DNA of 63,950 nucleotides, counting the filler, from Guillardia theta CCMP2712 (taxonomy: Eukaryota; Protista; Cryptophyta): NCBI RefSeq assembly GCF_000315625.1. It is 3 parts of 3 records of this genome, joined end to end, with 100 filler letters (N's around TTAATTAATTAA, not from the genome) between each part and the next. Parts side by side here need not be neighbours in the genome. Positions count along the whole stretch, not along the records: positions 32,578 to 63,950 come from NW_005434388.1; 2 more parts are not named here. One strand, 5' to 3'. The notes beneath the pieces are model-generated. The model had not been told where the DNA came from. It saw only the letters and a list, made by a program, of their open reading frames with translations, and did no database searches. Shown piece by piece: positions 35,561 through 47,741 of the stretch; position 1 is the first letter of the stretch, and every line of letters starts with the position of its first letter. The position numbers and the translations under genes were made by a program.

Positions 35561-35877
35561 CGACTTCTTGGCGATCTCGAAGGCTCTACATTCATTGAGC
35601 TTACTTCAGAGCTTACAGCAGAATGCGACTGATGACCGTAACGTTGCGAACGGGGCTCGAATCGCTGCGTGTTAGCGACATTGATCACGAGATGCTGACA
35701 TTCTCTGATTTGAGTAAACGTTGAGCGGTACTCTGCAAAGGTTGATGAATGTCATCATTAAATTGAAAAGATCTTCTTTCGCGAACAGGGAGGTCGACTA
35801 TTCCCCTTCCGACCACTACTTGACTGTCCTTGTTTACCTCCTTCTCGCATACAAGCACCAACGGACCATCGCACACC

Positions 35878-36132
35878 ATGCTCGACATCGACGATTCCCT
35901 CATCCTCAGCTCAGCTCTCGTCGACGACTACGACACCCTCTCCTCCATCGACTCTCTCTCCTCTCCCAGCCAGCGGTCCCCCTGCTCCGTGCAAGAATAT
36001 GACGTCCATCAGGCTTCAGTGCCGTCATTCCGAGCCAAGCAGCTCCAGGCGCTGCAGCACTGCATCGAGCTGCTTACTCGGGAGGAGAGGCCACGAGTGG
36101 TGAACGCGCTGGGGATCGAGATGGAGCTATGA
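35878..36132 (+). CDS. Small hypothetical protein, copy 1 of a tandem pair
   Basis: MLDIDDSLILSSALVDDYD...VNALGIEMEL; nearly identical to 36716-36985. Confidence 0.5.
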   Translation: MLDIDDSLILSSALVDDYDTLSSIDSLSSPSQRSPCSVQEYDVHQASVPSFRAKQLQALQHCIELLTREERPRVVNALGIEMEL

Positions 36133-36715
36133 ATATATGAAAGGACGGGAATTGCGCATGAAACGGGATGTAAGTGATATGAGGAGGGATGTAGAATAGC
36201 CATATGTACTTGATGTAATGAAGAGATTGTACAAAACTCTCGGTTCTCTTGACACAGCATTGACGTTTTCATCGTCTTCATCGGGAAATGATCTAATCTC
36301 GACTTGCTCGACTCCCTGAATCTGGCGTTGTGTACAACAACTTAAGTCGGGGAGTCGGGCGTATGTGGGTGGGTTTAGCATATCAGCATGCCAACCAAGA
36401 ATCTACTTAACCATCACTTGTATCATTTCAATGCCAATGAGGAAGTGAACACATCTATGATCCTCGTTTTCACTGCTGCATTGCCGCAATCTTTGGAAGC
36501 AAACTGGCGACACATTCGAGGCGGGCCGAGTACACTTCCAGTTTTAACCAAAAGATACCATAGCTCAAACATGCAACGTTTCGATTCTGTCGGTATCTTA
36601 CTCCGTGTAGAGTAAAAGTTAAGCTGTACCATGCAAGGGGAAACAAACCGAAAAGATCTCCTTTCGTGAACGGGGAGGTTCAACCGCTAATCCGCACAAC
36701 AACCTGCAAGCAAGC

Positions 36716-36985
36716 ATGCTCGACATCGACGACAGCCTCATCCTCAGCTCAGCTCTCGTCGACGACTACGACACCCTCTCCTCCATCGACTCTCTCTCCT
36801 CTCCTCACAAGAGGCCTCCCTGCTCCGTGCAAGAATATGACGTCCATCAGGCTTCAGTGCCGTCATTTCGAGCAAAGCAGCTCCAGGCGCTGCAGCACTG
36901 CATCGAGCTGCTTACTCGGGAGGAGAGGCCACGAGTGGTGAACGCGCTGGGGATCGAGCTTCGGGGAAGTGAGGGACCAGGATGA
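36716..36985 (+). CDS. Small hypothetical protein, copy 2 of a tandem pair
   Basis: 89-aa ORF; homology to copy 1 is essentially confined to the ORF. Confidence 0.5.
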   Translation: MLDIDDSLILSSALVDDYDTLSSIDSLSSPHKRPPCSVQEYDVHQASVPSFRAKQLQALQHCIELLTREERPRVVNALGIELRGSEGPG

Positions 36986-37292
36986 TGAAAGGAGATATAT
37001 TCGAAGAGGAGTGTGCATATTTGCGGCATTAAGTGCATGAAGTGACAACCAAGAGACTGCATGTTTGGAAAGAGCCTATACATCCAGGCTGCCCGTCTTC
37101 ACTCCTGCTTCTGAAACCTTTCGTAAGTTACACCACGCCCGCATTGTGAGTTGTTAGAGGTGAAGGAACTTAACTTCTGGAACGAATTAAAAAAAAAGAG
37201 CAACACCAGCATCTTTTCGCTTGTGCAGTCTTTCAAACGACTCCGACATTGACATGTCTCGTCAGATGAGAATGTCAGCCCTCAGCTTTTCT

Positions 37293-37378
37293 CTGATCTC
37301 ACCTGATCTCACCTGATCTCACCTGATCTCACCTGATCTCACCTGATCTCACCTGATCTCACCTGATCTCACCTGATC
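37293..37378. repeat. 10-bp tandem repeat CTGATCTCAC, ~8 copies
   Basis: Seen directly. Confidence 0.95.
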
Positions 37379-37716
37379 AAGCCAGCAAGGTCATCCAGTC
37401 TCGACATTCAAGGTGCCAAGTGTAGGAGTCCGCCTCAGGACCAACATGAAAGTTCTATATGACATTCGGCGTCTGCCCTCAATATTTCAAGGATTCTCAG
37501 ACGAGGCGGACTCGGAAATCAAGAGCGCGTATTTCCGGCGGCCAACATGGCAGGTAGTCGACTGGAGAGGAGGTTCTGAGAGAGCGTTGGGAGAGCAGGG
37601 GGAGAAGGGGGGAGGGAGGAGGAACATATTTGCGTATCATGTTGACGTTTGATGACGAGAAAGAAGAGGAAATGCAGCGGGGGTGGGGGGGAGGATAGAG
37701 CGAGTAGGATAGCCGT

Positions 37717-38771
37717 ATGAAGCAACCAAAGTCGAGTCACTAATGAACTTGCAGGAGCTGCTGTTTCTGAGGTTGTTTGGCAGGATACAGTCAAGCTCTG
37801 CTCGTGATCTTCATCTCCCTTTCACTTGCCTCCGCACAAGACAAGAGCGTCGCCAACCAGCCCCTTGCCAAGTGCGACCGATCCAAGGTCAACGACCCAA
37901 AGTTTCCCACTACAGGTAGCAAGAGGAAATGGAGGAGGAGGAGGAGGATGGAGGAGGAGGTGGTGGCGGTGGCGGTGGTATGGAAAGAAGAAAGTTTTGC
38001 TGGCTGGAAAGGGATCAATGGAGTAGGCGAAGTGGGATGTGTTTGGATGTGTTTGAAGGCCAGATGCGGGGGGGGAAAAGGGGGGGGGGGGGGGGGGAAA
38101 TGGGCGACCCAGCAAGACGTTTGTGAATGACATGTGGGTAGGATGGCGGCGACAGGATCTGTGTACGGCAGAGGACGAGGACCATGGCTCGCACTTTGTT
38201 TGCGTCGACATGCCCTCCGACTTTTGGGTGAAGACAGGACAGGCAAGGACCCCAGGGTGATGTCAGGGAGGAGGAGAGTTCTGACAGGTTGCTCTCAGGC
38301 ATCGTCGCCGCAAGATGCTGCTGAAAACTGGCCAAAGCCTGGGCCATGGTGCATCTGCATGTGGTGATTGCTCCTCCTCCTCCTCCTCCTCCTCTTCCCC
38401 TGCCCCTTCCGCACGCATACGCACATACCTCTCCCTTTCTGATTTTCCCTGCCTGCTTGGTGTTGTCCTTACTCTCTCCCCGCTATCATCTCTCGCCTGT
38501 CCTGCCTCGAGTCCTTACAGCAGCACAGGGCGTACGCCTCCTACCTCACCCAGGAGAGCTCGTTCCAGCAGGACCTGATCTGTGACGCCACCAACCAGTG
38601 GGTCCTTCACAAGTACGACAAGTCAGTTCCCAGCCAGTGCAAGGCCCTGTGAGTGCTTGCAGTTGAAGATCCCACCTCGCTCTCAGCTGGAAATGTGCTG
38701 ACTGAGATGGCAGGATGTCAATCTGCAAGCAGTGCGGACTGAGCGATCCTGTCTGCCCGGCTAGCTGCTGA
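37717..38771 (+). CDS. Secreted DUF2237-family protein, spliced
   Basis: Signal peptide LLVIFISLSLASA; SVANQPLAKC..PTT|GWRRQDLCTAEDEDHGSHFVC..FW..PGPWCICMW|AYASYL..CDATN follows the DUF2237 pattern (PL..C..TGF.RDG.C...D.GSH.VC..PGD.WCLC..ATH). Confidence 0.7.
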
Positions 38772-39150
38772 GAAGGATCGGAGAGCAGAGGAAGCAGACT
38801 GTGACGGGCTGTAATGTGTGGACTCGTCATCACCGATACCGTTGTACTATTGTAACATCAAGATATAAGAGAAACTAATACTTGTCGAGTCTCTCGCATC
38901 AGAATATTTTATCTCGCCTGATTGCTTGGAACTTCATGTTTTCCATTTGTAGAACCGATCCGTTGTTCGCTTCCACAAGCCAATCAGCAGCGTCTTCCAG
39001 CGTCTTCATGCATCTCTCTTGGTGTAGCTGCCCTACACATCCTTGCATCTTATGAATCAAGCTATGGCAAGCTCTGCTCATCTCGCTTGTTTTCAAGACA
39101 AGGAGTCAGCCAGGTATCCCTGACGATACTCATGAATGGACCAGGAGGAT

Positions 39151-40340
39151 TCACAGATATTGCAAGTCCTTGATCAGCTTGAACTGCTCGGGAACCTCCA
39201 TGAGGGCGTTGAGCGCGAAGTATGCGTCTGGACTTGTTCCTCTGGGAACAGAGCTGGAGGAAAGCAGATGAATGAGATGAGATCGCGCCACATCAAATGC
39301 GTCACCTCATCACCCGATTGAATGGAACAAATTGAAAGTTGTCAAATTTCCTGCAACCGCCTCGTCAAACACATGCGATGCAATGCTCATCTCAGTTGAA
39401 ATGTTGGAGTGTGTGGTGGACTGGGTGATCATCAGCTGCTGACCTTGTTGGTAGTTCGTCGTCATACTCCTCCATCTGGAATCATCGAGTTAGCGGGAGT
39501 TGTAGCGATCTTCATCCTTCTCACAGTCTCCCACGGGCCATCCCCCACCCCGACCACGACGATTGAAAGCGGGTAGTTGGAAGCCTCCACGATCGCGTTC
39601 TCTGTATCCTTCTTGTTGGTGACTTGACCGTCAGCAATGATGAGGAGGATATGGTAAGACTTCTCCGACTTGACGATGCTGATGGCTTCGCGGATCACAG
39701 GGCCTAAGGGTTGGACATGAGCTGAACTTTCCTCCTCCTCCTCCTCCTCCTCCTCCTCCTCCTCCTCCTCCTCTTTATCGCCTCACCGAAGTTGGTGGGG
39801 CCGGCGAGCACGATACCTGGCGTGATCTCGTTGTATCGAGTGATCACCTGACGGGGCTGTCAGCGTTGGCTCGACATGTTGCGCAATTGTGTAAGACCTC
39901 GGCGAATCCCTCACAAGGTCTTTTGTCAGGGAAGAAAGGAAAACACTTCTTGTCGGATGTGAAATTGTCTCCAAACCCGAACACAGGAATCAGCTTGTCG
40001 TCATCGAAAACTTCCAGCGTTCTTCCGATGATTTCAATCACTTGCTGGTATGGGTTGGGTCGATCGACCTCTATCGTATGAAGCGATTTGCCGCCAAAGG
40101 TTTTCTCTCCCGTCCAAGTGTTGGATTTTGTGTAGTCGATTCCTGCCCACGTGAAGATTCTCACTGTGATGTTTCAACGCACAAGAACATACCGACTATG
40201 AGGTTGCTGGATTCAAGTCCCACGCTTCTCAAAGCTGCCTGCACCTTCTCGATGGTGTCGAAGTTATCCTGGATCTTGTAGAACTTGCGCAGCTTATGGC
40301 TCGCGCTGGCGTGCGGATGTGCTGATAGACAGTTCCCCAT
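39151..40340 (-). CDS. Copine/RGLG-type vWA domain protein with an N-myristoylation motif; no RING or C2 domain
   Basis: MGNC; GLESSNLIVGIDYTKSN; NPYQQVIEIIGRTL; IPVFGFGD; GPTNF; YHILLIIADGQV; YPLSIVVVGVGDGPW; FDNFQFV; ALMEVPEQF then stop. Confidence 0.92.
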
Positions 40341-41959
40341 CTGCGAGCCCGTCAACGACCTGCATGAGAGAGAACAACTTGATCTGTGGTGTAATAACAT
40401 GGTTGTAACTTCCTTGGAGATGAGTTGCAACTTATCAGATTTGAGTATCTCCCAGCTACTTTCGGGGTCTAGCAAACTCAGGCTGGCTTACACACGAATC
40501 ATCCGATATCCGAATCAGCAGGAAAACTCCCTCCCCTTGCCTCGACAAGCTCTCCATGCTAGCTGCAAATCTCAGATCACTTTGTCTTCTAAGTTCTTTA
40601 ACCCTGGCAAGACTCGGACTTCAGTGGCTATGACCATCAGACTGGTCCTGCCCCCCGCCATTGAAGCACATAATGACCGCGGCCGTCAGTGAGCCATCGC
40701 TCTCATCGCTCAACCTGCCTCTCAGTACGGTCTCTCAGCTCAGCCTGCTGTCATTCCCCATATGAGTGCTTTTGCTGCTTTTTCCGCCTGCAAGGAGTTG
40801 ACGTTGCTCTTTCAACGGTTTCCCGAGCCTCCGGCCGCGCCGCGCCCGGGCGCAACTTACGGGCCCGCCCGGCCGGCAGTACGACGGTACTGGTGACTAG
40901 CACCCGGCCGGGCGCGGCTAGCCTCAGTACCGCCGGGCCCGGCGCCCGGCGCCCACGGCCGACTGAGAGACGGTCCCGCCGTGCCGCAGGGCCCCGGGCG
41001 GCACCCGGCCGCTGCCTGACACTACTAGGGACCTAGTACCGCCCGGCGCCCCCCGCCGCCGGACCCGGGCGCGGCCCGGGCCGGGCCCGGCGCCGCACTG
41101 CGGCGCTGCCAGCGGCATTGCCACCGTGACGGACCGTTGAACCGTTTTGAACCGTGACCGGGTCACCGGTTTGTTACGGTAGTACGGTTCAAGGTTCAAT
41201 TGAACGAATGAGTTGTGAAATTTATACAGTCTATTGTCATTGACACAGTGAAAATAGCATATTTTTATTGATTTCCATTGTGATTCAATAGATATGAACA
41301 TTTTCCCGAAGGGTTTCCCGGACTTGCAGCCCTTGGTTTTTTATTGATTCAGAGGTGTTTTTCATTTTGTTTATAGCATGACTGTACCAGAAGGAGAAGA
41401 ATTGACAATAAAATTTTTGAGGTTTATTTCCGGTTGCTCGTGCCACGCAGTCATGCTGAGAGGACAGGAGAAGGGACGGGGGAGGGGGCAGGGGGCAGGG
41501 CGGGGGGCGGAGGAGGGGAGGATGGGAAGCATAGTGAGAGCTGAGGAAGAGGAAGGAAGGGATAGATGAAGGGCTAGAGCGCTAGGAATGCACCGAAGCT
41601 GATCGCAGAGCGTCAAGAAGCTCAGAGGAGAGGGTGCTAGCGAGAGAAATGTGGTGTAGGCGATCATGAGATGAGGGAAGAAGAGAGGCAAGGAGAGAGC
41701 GGAAAATGGAAGACATGGATAAAACGATGCCATGTTTAATGATTTCTCCAATCATATCATCTGCAGCAGATGATCGAAGCAGCATGCTGGGTGTGAAATA
41801 TCAGTTCTGGTTTTTATGCTTAGGTAGATGGAAGCATTGCATGATAGAATGCAGTAGCTCACCGGCAGTTCTTGACACTCTTGCAATCTTTGTGATACTT
41901 GTATCAAGCTCAAGATGTTAGTCTGAGTCATGTGCTGATCGCTTTGTGCCAGTAGAATC

Positions 41960-43890
41960 ATGGAGCCAGGTTTCTTGCAGCTGTCCACACCCAGTGCGAC
42001 GCACTGCCATCTTCACCCGGTGATTTACAGCTATGCCTCTTCACTCTCCATCACTGACATCAAGACAGCTCGTCATGTTCCAGGTCTTGGACCACCACAC
42101 GCGAAGTGACAAATCAAACCATCGAGGGGCAAGCTTGTGACGTCTTTGCAGGGAATGATGAGACTGGAAGGGTTGTCGGAGCGCTTCTTGGTAGCGCCAA
42201 TGCGGATGGAAGGTAGAAGAGAACATGGCATGAGAAAAACCTGTAAGAAACTGATTGTCGCTCCTCTCAGTGTCGCCATCAGAAACTCGTTCCCCATGAA
42301 TCACGATGACGTCACACATCAAGTAAGGGAACTAGCAACTGTCAGTATGCGCTCATGCTCGTCGCTAGGACTTCGGGCTTTTCTTTAACACCATGGAAGC
42401 CCTCCATCAAAAAGTGAACGCAAGGGAGCATGTGATCGTAACCGATGCTGCAAGACGGCAACGTGACATCGACTTGTAGGTTGTTGGATGGTACACTACC
42501 ACCAAATCCACGGATGACGACAAAGACGAGGTGAATGCTTTCGAGGGATCGTGTACAAACTCTGAATGTTTGTTAGGTTGGAGAGGAGGATGTAGCCCTT
42601 CACTCTTTCTTTGAAGAAAAAGTTGGCGAGAAGTATTTGAAAAAATGTGTTCGAGACCTTTCTCACTGTGGGTAGCAGACATGCTTGTGTGCTCGTACGC
42701 GTGGACTGCAACATTCAGGTCGTCTTTGGATGAATTTTGTGATTACATTGACTTATTTCCTTTCAGCGAGCAAGCAAGTTGGGGGTCAGCGCGTTCACCA
42801 GCTCTAACATGTCTCTTCGGAGCGACAAGGTATCGTTCCCTTACTCCCTTTCTTGCTCCCACACGTCTTTTACCAACTGTGATCCCACTCCTGCACGTAA
42901 ATCTTCACTGCTCATCTCCTTTCCCTGTTGACTGTGGATACACGTGTTTGATTCTTTCTCAACTTGTCGAACTTCATGTGTATGATGCATGCCCTTACGT
43001 GTTCGACAGACTGCTCCTGAGCTTGTGCTCGGCAAGTGCTTCTCGAGGTATTGCAACCTACACCTCGAGCACCTGATTCAAGGGATGACGTTTAAATTAG
43101 AGTGACATGCCACATTCGCGCGTACGAGGCTGAGAGGATCGGAGTCGACTTCATCACTCACAACACCATCGGGCAGGTCAGCCTCACCCCTCCCTCCTCC
43201 TCGTCTTCGCGCGGGCTGACACGATGGATCGGTAGGGCGGTGGTGAAGTTCTTGGAACAGACCTCGAGAAGTTGGAGAGCAGCATGCACAAGCTCATGAT
43301 GATGATAGACCAGGTGGAGCTCGACCTCGTCGACCTCTGCCCTCCCCTGACAAATTGCAGTCCATTCAGCATGTTGACGACGTTCTGGATGGAAATGTTG
43401 AGGCAGACACTAAGGTGCTTTTTCGCATGCATTGTTCGCTTTCTGTCTCCCTCTAGCTCAAGGGTGTTCCCATCTTTGTCAACCTGACTCTAGTCTTGAT
43501 CCCACATGTTACATGCGTCACTTCCCTCTGCTTGTTTGGTCCATATTTGTGTTTACATCGTCTCATCCTATGCAGGTTGGCCGCGCCCTTGCCGAGACGA
43601 TTGCGATGGTGCCGGAGATGAGCGCTGCCGAGTTCGACACTTCCTTCAGGTGACGACCACCCTTTTGTTTCCTGCCGGTTCTTCTTCCTCCTTCTCTTCT
43701 GCAGAGTGTAGCATGAGCTCTGCTTGACAAGTTTATGTGCAGCAAAGGACTGCAGGACATCCTTATGGTGCAATACCTGGCTGCCGTCACTCAAGCACAG
43801 GTGGGTCTATATGCGCTTTCATTGTCGTTTCTGACTGTATGTCTGTAATAGATTTCCTTTTGGCAAAAGCTGCAGAGCATGGGAGCATAA
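41960..43890 (+). CDS. EIF3F: Translation initiation factor eIF3 subunit F (MPN domain), many exons
   Basis: LHP|LVMFQVLDHHTR, RVVGALLG, IRNSFPM, VVGWY, YEAERIGVD, HVDDVLDG..D.KVGRAL..VP, LQDILMVQYLAAVTQAQI. Confidence 0.88.
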
Positions 43891-45002
43891 GGGAAGAAAT
43901 GAATATGAAATGGATTAAAGCTGGTTATTATCGACCTTTGGTTTACAAAACTTCTCCCATTTTTCTCTTGCCTTGTCTTGAAAATGAAGCTAGAAAAGTG
44001 TTGCGAATCTAGTGAGACGAAGACTGTGAATGGAACGACAGAATGAAAGAGGATTGAGGGCGATGAAGAGGTAAGCAGGATTAGCTCCATAAAGCAACTC
44101 TCTGCCATCTCCCTGCTGCTTTTGCTGCTCCTCCTCCTATCCTTGGTCTTGCCAGTCGGGGAATCTAAGTACCCTACCCCTGAATCTCGAGAATAGGACC
44201 GGTACTACCTAGTACCCATGCTGGTTCCGTCTACCACCCCCACTTGCACTCCTTTGGAGTGCCAGCCAGAAATAGACTGCAAGCGGAGCGTTGACCCACA
44301 GCATCATAAATGTATGGGTGGGGTGATACACCCTACCCTATAATACTAACAGTATGTTCACTATCCATGTAGGGTAGTACAATTTCGGGACCGGGACATC
44401 TGGAAGGTCAATGCGATCTTGCCGCAGAATGGCGGAGGAGAGATGTATGAACGCGATCGGAGGAGGGAGGAAGGAGGGAGGGTGAAGGGGTTGGGAAGCA
44501 GGAGAGAGTCAAAAAGGGAGAAGATGAATGAGAATATTTGACGATGAGAGGAGAGACGATCGTCTGCGTCCTCGCAACGTGAGAGCTATCTTGTTTCTTA
44601 ATCCAGCTCCAATGCCAAAGTTTGAACAAGGCATGCACAGGAACGAAAAGATGTAGAATAGAAACTGACTCACCAGCATAAACATTCACACGTAGAGCAT
44701 GACGGTGTTACCCGGCTTAGGATGGAAGCCTTTTGTTAGCGCATCAAGCATTGGCGGGAGGTAGATCCAACGAGAGAGGATAGTGTGGCAGTATCAGTGG
44801 CAAAGGAGACGTGATGAATGCTATACATGCATAATCCGAACGAATCATATGCTAAAAATACGAGACTGATTGTCTTTTTTCAGATTCTCTTTCTCTAGTG
44901 ACATTCGTGAACTGCTTCTCAAGCAGTATGCAAGCAGGAGATCAGTTTCAAGGGTGAGTTGAAGAAGGGATTCTTGCAAGAAGTTTGTGAGAGAGTTGAC
45001 AG

Positions 45003-47570
45003 TATGCAAGACGACAAGCGAAGAAATCTCAGAGTAGCAGCAACTGTGGCCTTCGGCATTGGCCTCGTTGTGGCGCTTGTAACTCTAGCAAATGTCTTGC
45101 AAGGAAACGTCACGGTGTGATGAACCTCGCAATCCCCCCTATCTTCACTTCTACCTGCCCTTGTTCTGCTAACCTCTTACCTTCCCCTTCCCCTTCCCGC
45201 CTCTCCCCCTCCTCCCCTCCTCCCCTCCTCCTCTCCTCCCCTCCTCCCGTCTCGCTTCCCTTGCCCCTTCTCCCTTCCTCCTCATCGCTGCCCTCAGCTC
45301 CTTCAGTGCTCCCCTGACTCCCCTCTGATCGAGTTGCAGGGAGCGAGCGAGATGATCTCATCGCTCGTGAAGGGGGGGGACAACAAGAAGTCTGCACCCA
45401 TTGACATGCATGCTTCTGCACAGCCAGCTGCAAGCAAGCTGTTGAAGTTGGGCACCGACTCAAAGTACAAGAAGTTCAACGAAAGAGTCAAGAAAGAATC
45501 CTCCTCCGAGCTGCAGAGAGACAGCCGCACTGCTGAGGAGCAGCTGAACTCGGAGAAGTCCTACGACAGGATGATCGAGACGCAGAAGAAAGGCATAGAG
45601 GGCCGCGATGCTCACTTTCAGGTTGCTGTCCCCGCTCTCTTTCCTGCTCTTGTCTTGACTTGTTGCGTCCAGCAAAAGTTGAAGAGCATGGTCAACGCCG
45701 AGCACATGCGCGAGCACGAGAAGCTGATGCAGCTTGTATGATTTTGAACTGAGTGAGTTTCCCTTGACGATATACAGAAATCCAAGAAGAGTGCAATAGA
45801 CGGCTATGTTACATCTAGCGATGCTGCGTTTGAAACCTCTCTCAAACAAGCCTTGAAGAAGGAGCGAAAGGTGTCATGCAGACTGTCTCTTGGGAGATGC
45901 TTAAGATGTCGCAGAACAAATCAGAATATGAAAGCTCGTACAATGATGCCGTGCAATCAGTGCAGAATCGAGACAAGGTGGGACCTCCAGGTGCTTGCGA
46001 GAAAACTGACGGGGTTGTAGGAGTTCACGGAGAGGATCAGGCGAGAGATTGAGAAGGAGAGGATCGTGAGTCAGACTGTCTCATGTCGTCTCTTGACATT
46101 CATGTCGCAGCTGCATGCCCAGCACGCCCGATCCCTCGTCAGGCGCGAGAGGTCGGAGGGTCTGCAAGTGAGAAAGGCCTTGGCCAAGGTGAAGAGCTTC
46201 AGGGCTGCGGGTAGAGCCTCTTGGTGACGATTGGGTGCTGGGCAGATTGCGAAGGAGCACACGACAGCATGGCAGGAGGTAGAGCGTGTCTAGCTGAGAC
46301 GCCCGATCTGACCACCAGCAGGGTGAAATGCAAGACCATCAAGCTTCTCAGGTTTGTTGCGGATCAAGTCTCAACCGCATGAGAAGTAACGTAATGGCAG
46401 GCCCTCAACGCTTTTGACGCGCTTGATGCGGAGCGGAAGAGGCTGGCAACGAGATACGCCAAGGAGGTGGTAGACGCTCTTGCCTGTCTCGTCTCACCTT
46501 GTCCTCAGCGAACTGCTCACGACAAGGAGACCCAGGCGCAGGCGTCTGACGTCATGGCGATCACCGGCGGTCTGAGCGATGGAGTTGATCAGCAGGCGCT
46601 CAAGTCGCAGGCAAGTCGCCATGTCGCGATCTCTCGGATGACGTGGCGCAGATCAAAAGACAGCACGAGGCCGAGAAGCAAAGAGAAGCAGCCATCTATC
46701 AGAGGGAGATCAAGCAGGCGAGCTGCTTCCTCCCTGCTCTCTCGCTCTTACAAGCCTTCCGCCAGCGAGAAAGCGACATAGAGGCCATCACTGGAAAGCC
46801 TTTGGTGCACAAGACGGTTAGGAAGCCCTCGCCAAAGGTCAAGATCGTCCACGCGGTGGCAGACCAGGTCAGGATTTTCCGTGCTTGGTTCCTGCTGAGG
46901 TCCAGCAGCATGATCACGAAGCTGTAAGCCCAGCCCATCCTGTGCCGACAGTCAACAACTCCTCAGAGAGCAACGTGAGTCGTTGAGTCTCGTGACGGCA
47001 GCGCAGCAACTGCTCTGTCCTGTTCTGTTCTGTTCTGTTCTGTTCTGTTCTGTTCTGGTATTTGGACGTGTACTGACTAGAGGTAATTTGCTTCAGTCAA
47101 CAAGTGCATCTCTGCCACCTCCTCTTATGTCCTCACCGAACGTGACATCACCAAGCTTGCATCAAATTCCGCGCGCGAAGGCGCTCAAGGTTGTCTCCTC
47201 TTCGCTCTCTCTCCATTCAGAGCCAAAGCACCAAAAGGTAATCCTAATCTTTCCTTCCCCTTTCCCCTCCTCCTCCCTCCCTCCGCCCTCCTCCTACTCG
47301 TCCTCCTTTTCTACAGCTTCCTGTTGCCCCAATTAACTCGCTACAACCATCCCCTCTCTGTCCAGTCTTCCATCCCCTCTGTGTCCAGTCTTTCATCCCC
47401 TCTCTGTCCAGTCTTCTTTTCTTTTCTCATCCTCGTTTTGATCTCTCATCTTTTTTTCGTCTTAGGTGTCCGGAGGAGGCAAGATCGTCTCGCCAAAGTC
47501 GTCGTCAGCTGTCGTTCCTCCAGCTGCAGGCAAGCTGGCGTCAAAGGCCGCAACGAAGTCTCCGCATGAG
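45003..47570 (+). CDS. Hypothetical type II membrane coiled-coil protein, many exons (limits approximate)
   Basis: MQDDKRRNLRVAATVAFGIGLVVALVTL TM, followed by charged helical exons separated by ~45-nt introns. Confidence 0.55.
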
Positions 47571-47741
47571 GTGACCAGGTCGGTGAATAACGAAATGTGA
47601 CAAGATTTCAGGTGACGTCAACGGTCGGAGCTGCATCCGCCAGCCACTAGAAGTTTTTGAAATTTTATTTTCCTTTTTCAGTGTCAATTTATATCTCAGT
47701 TTCTGCATGTTGAAATGAACCTTTGCTCCTTACCAGCTGAA

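Noticed and set aside
41960-43890. Alternative call CSN6 or Rpn8 for the MPN gene
   Set aside because: The C-terminal pattern (VDDVLDG..D.KVGRAL..VP; LQDILMVQYLA.VTQAQI) fits eIF3f better
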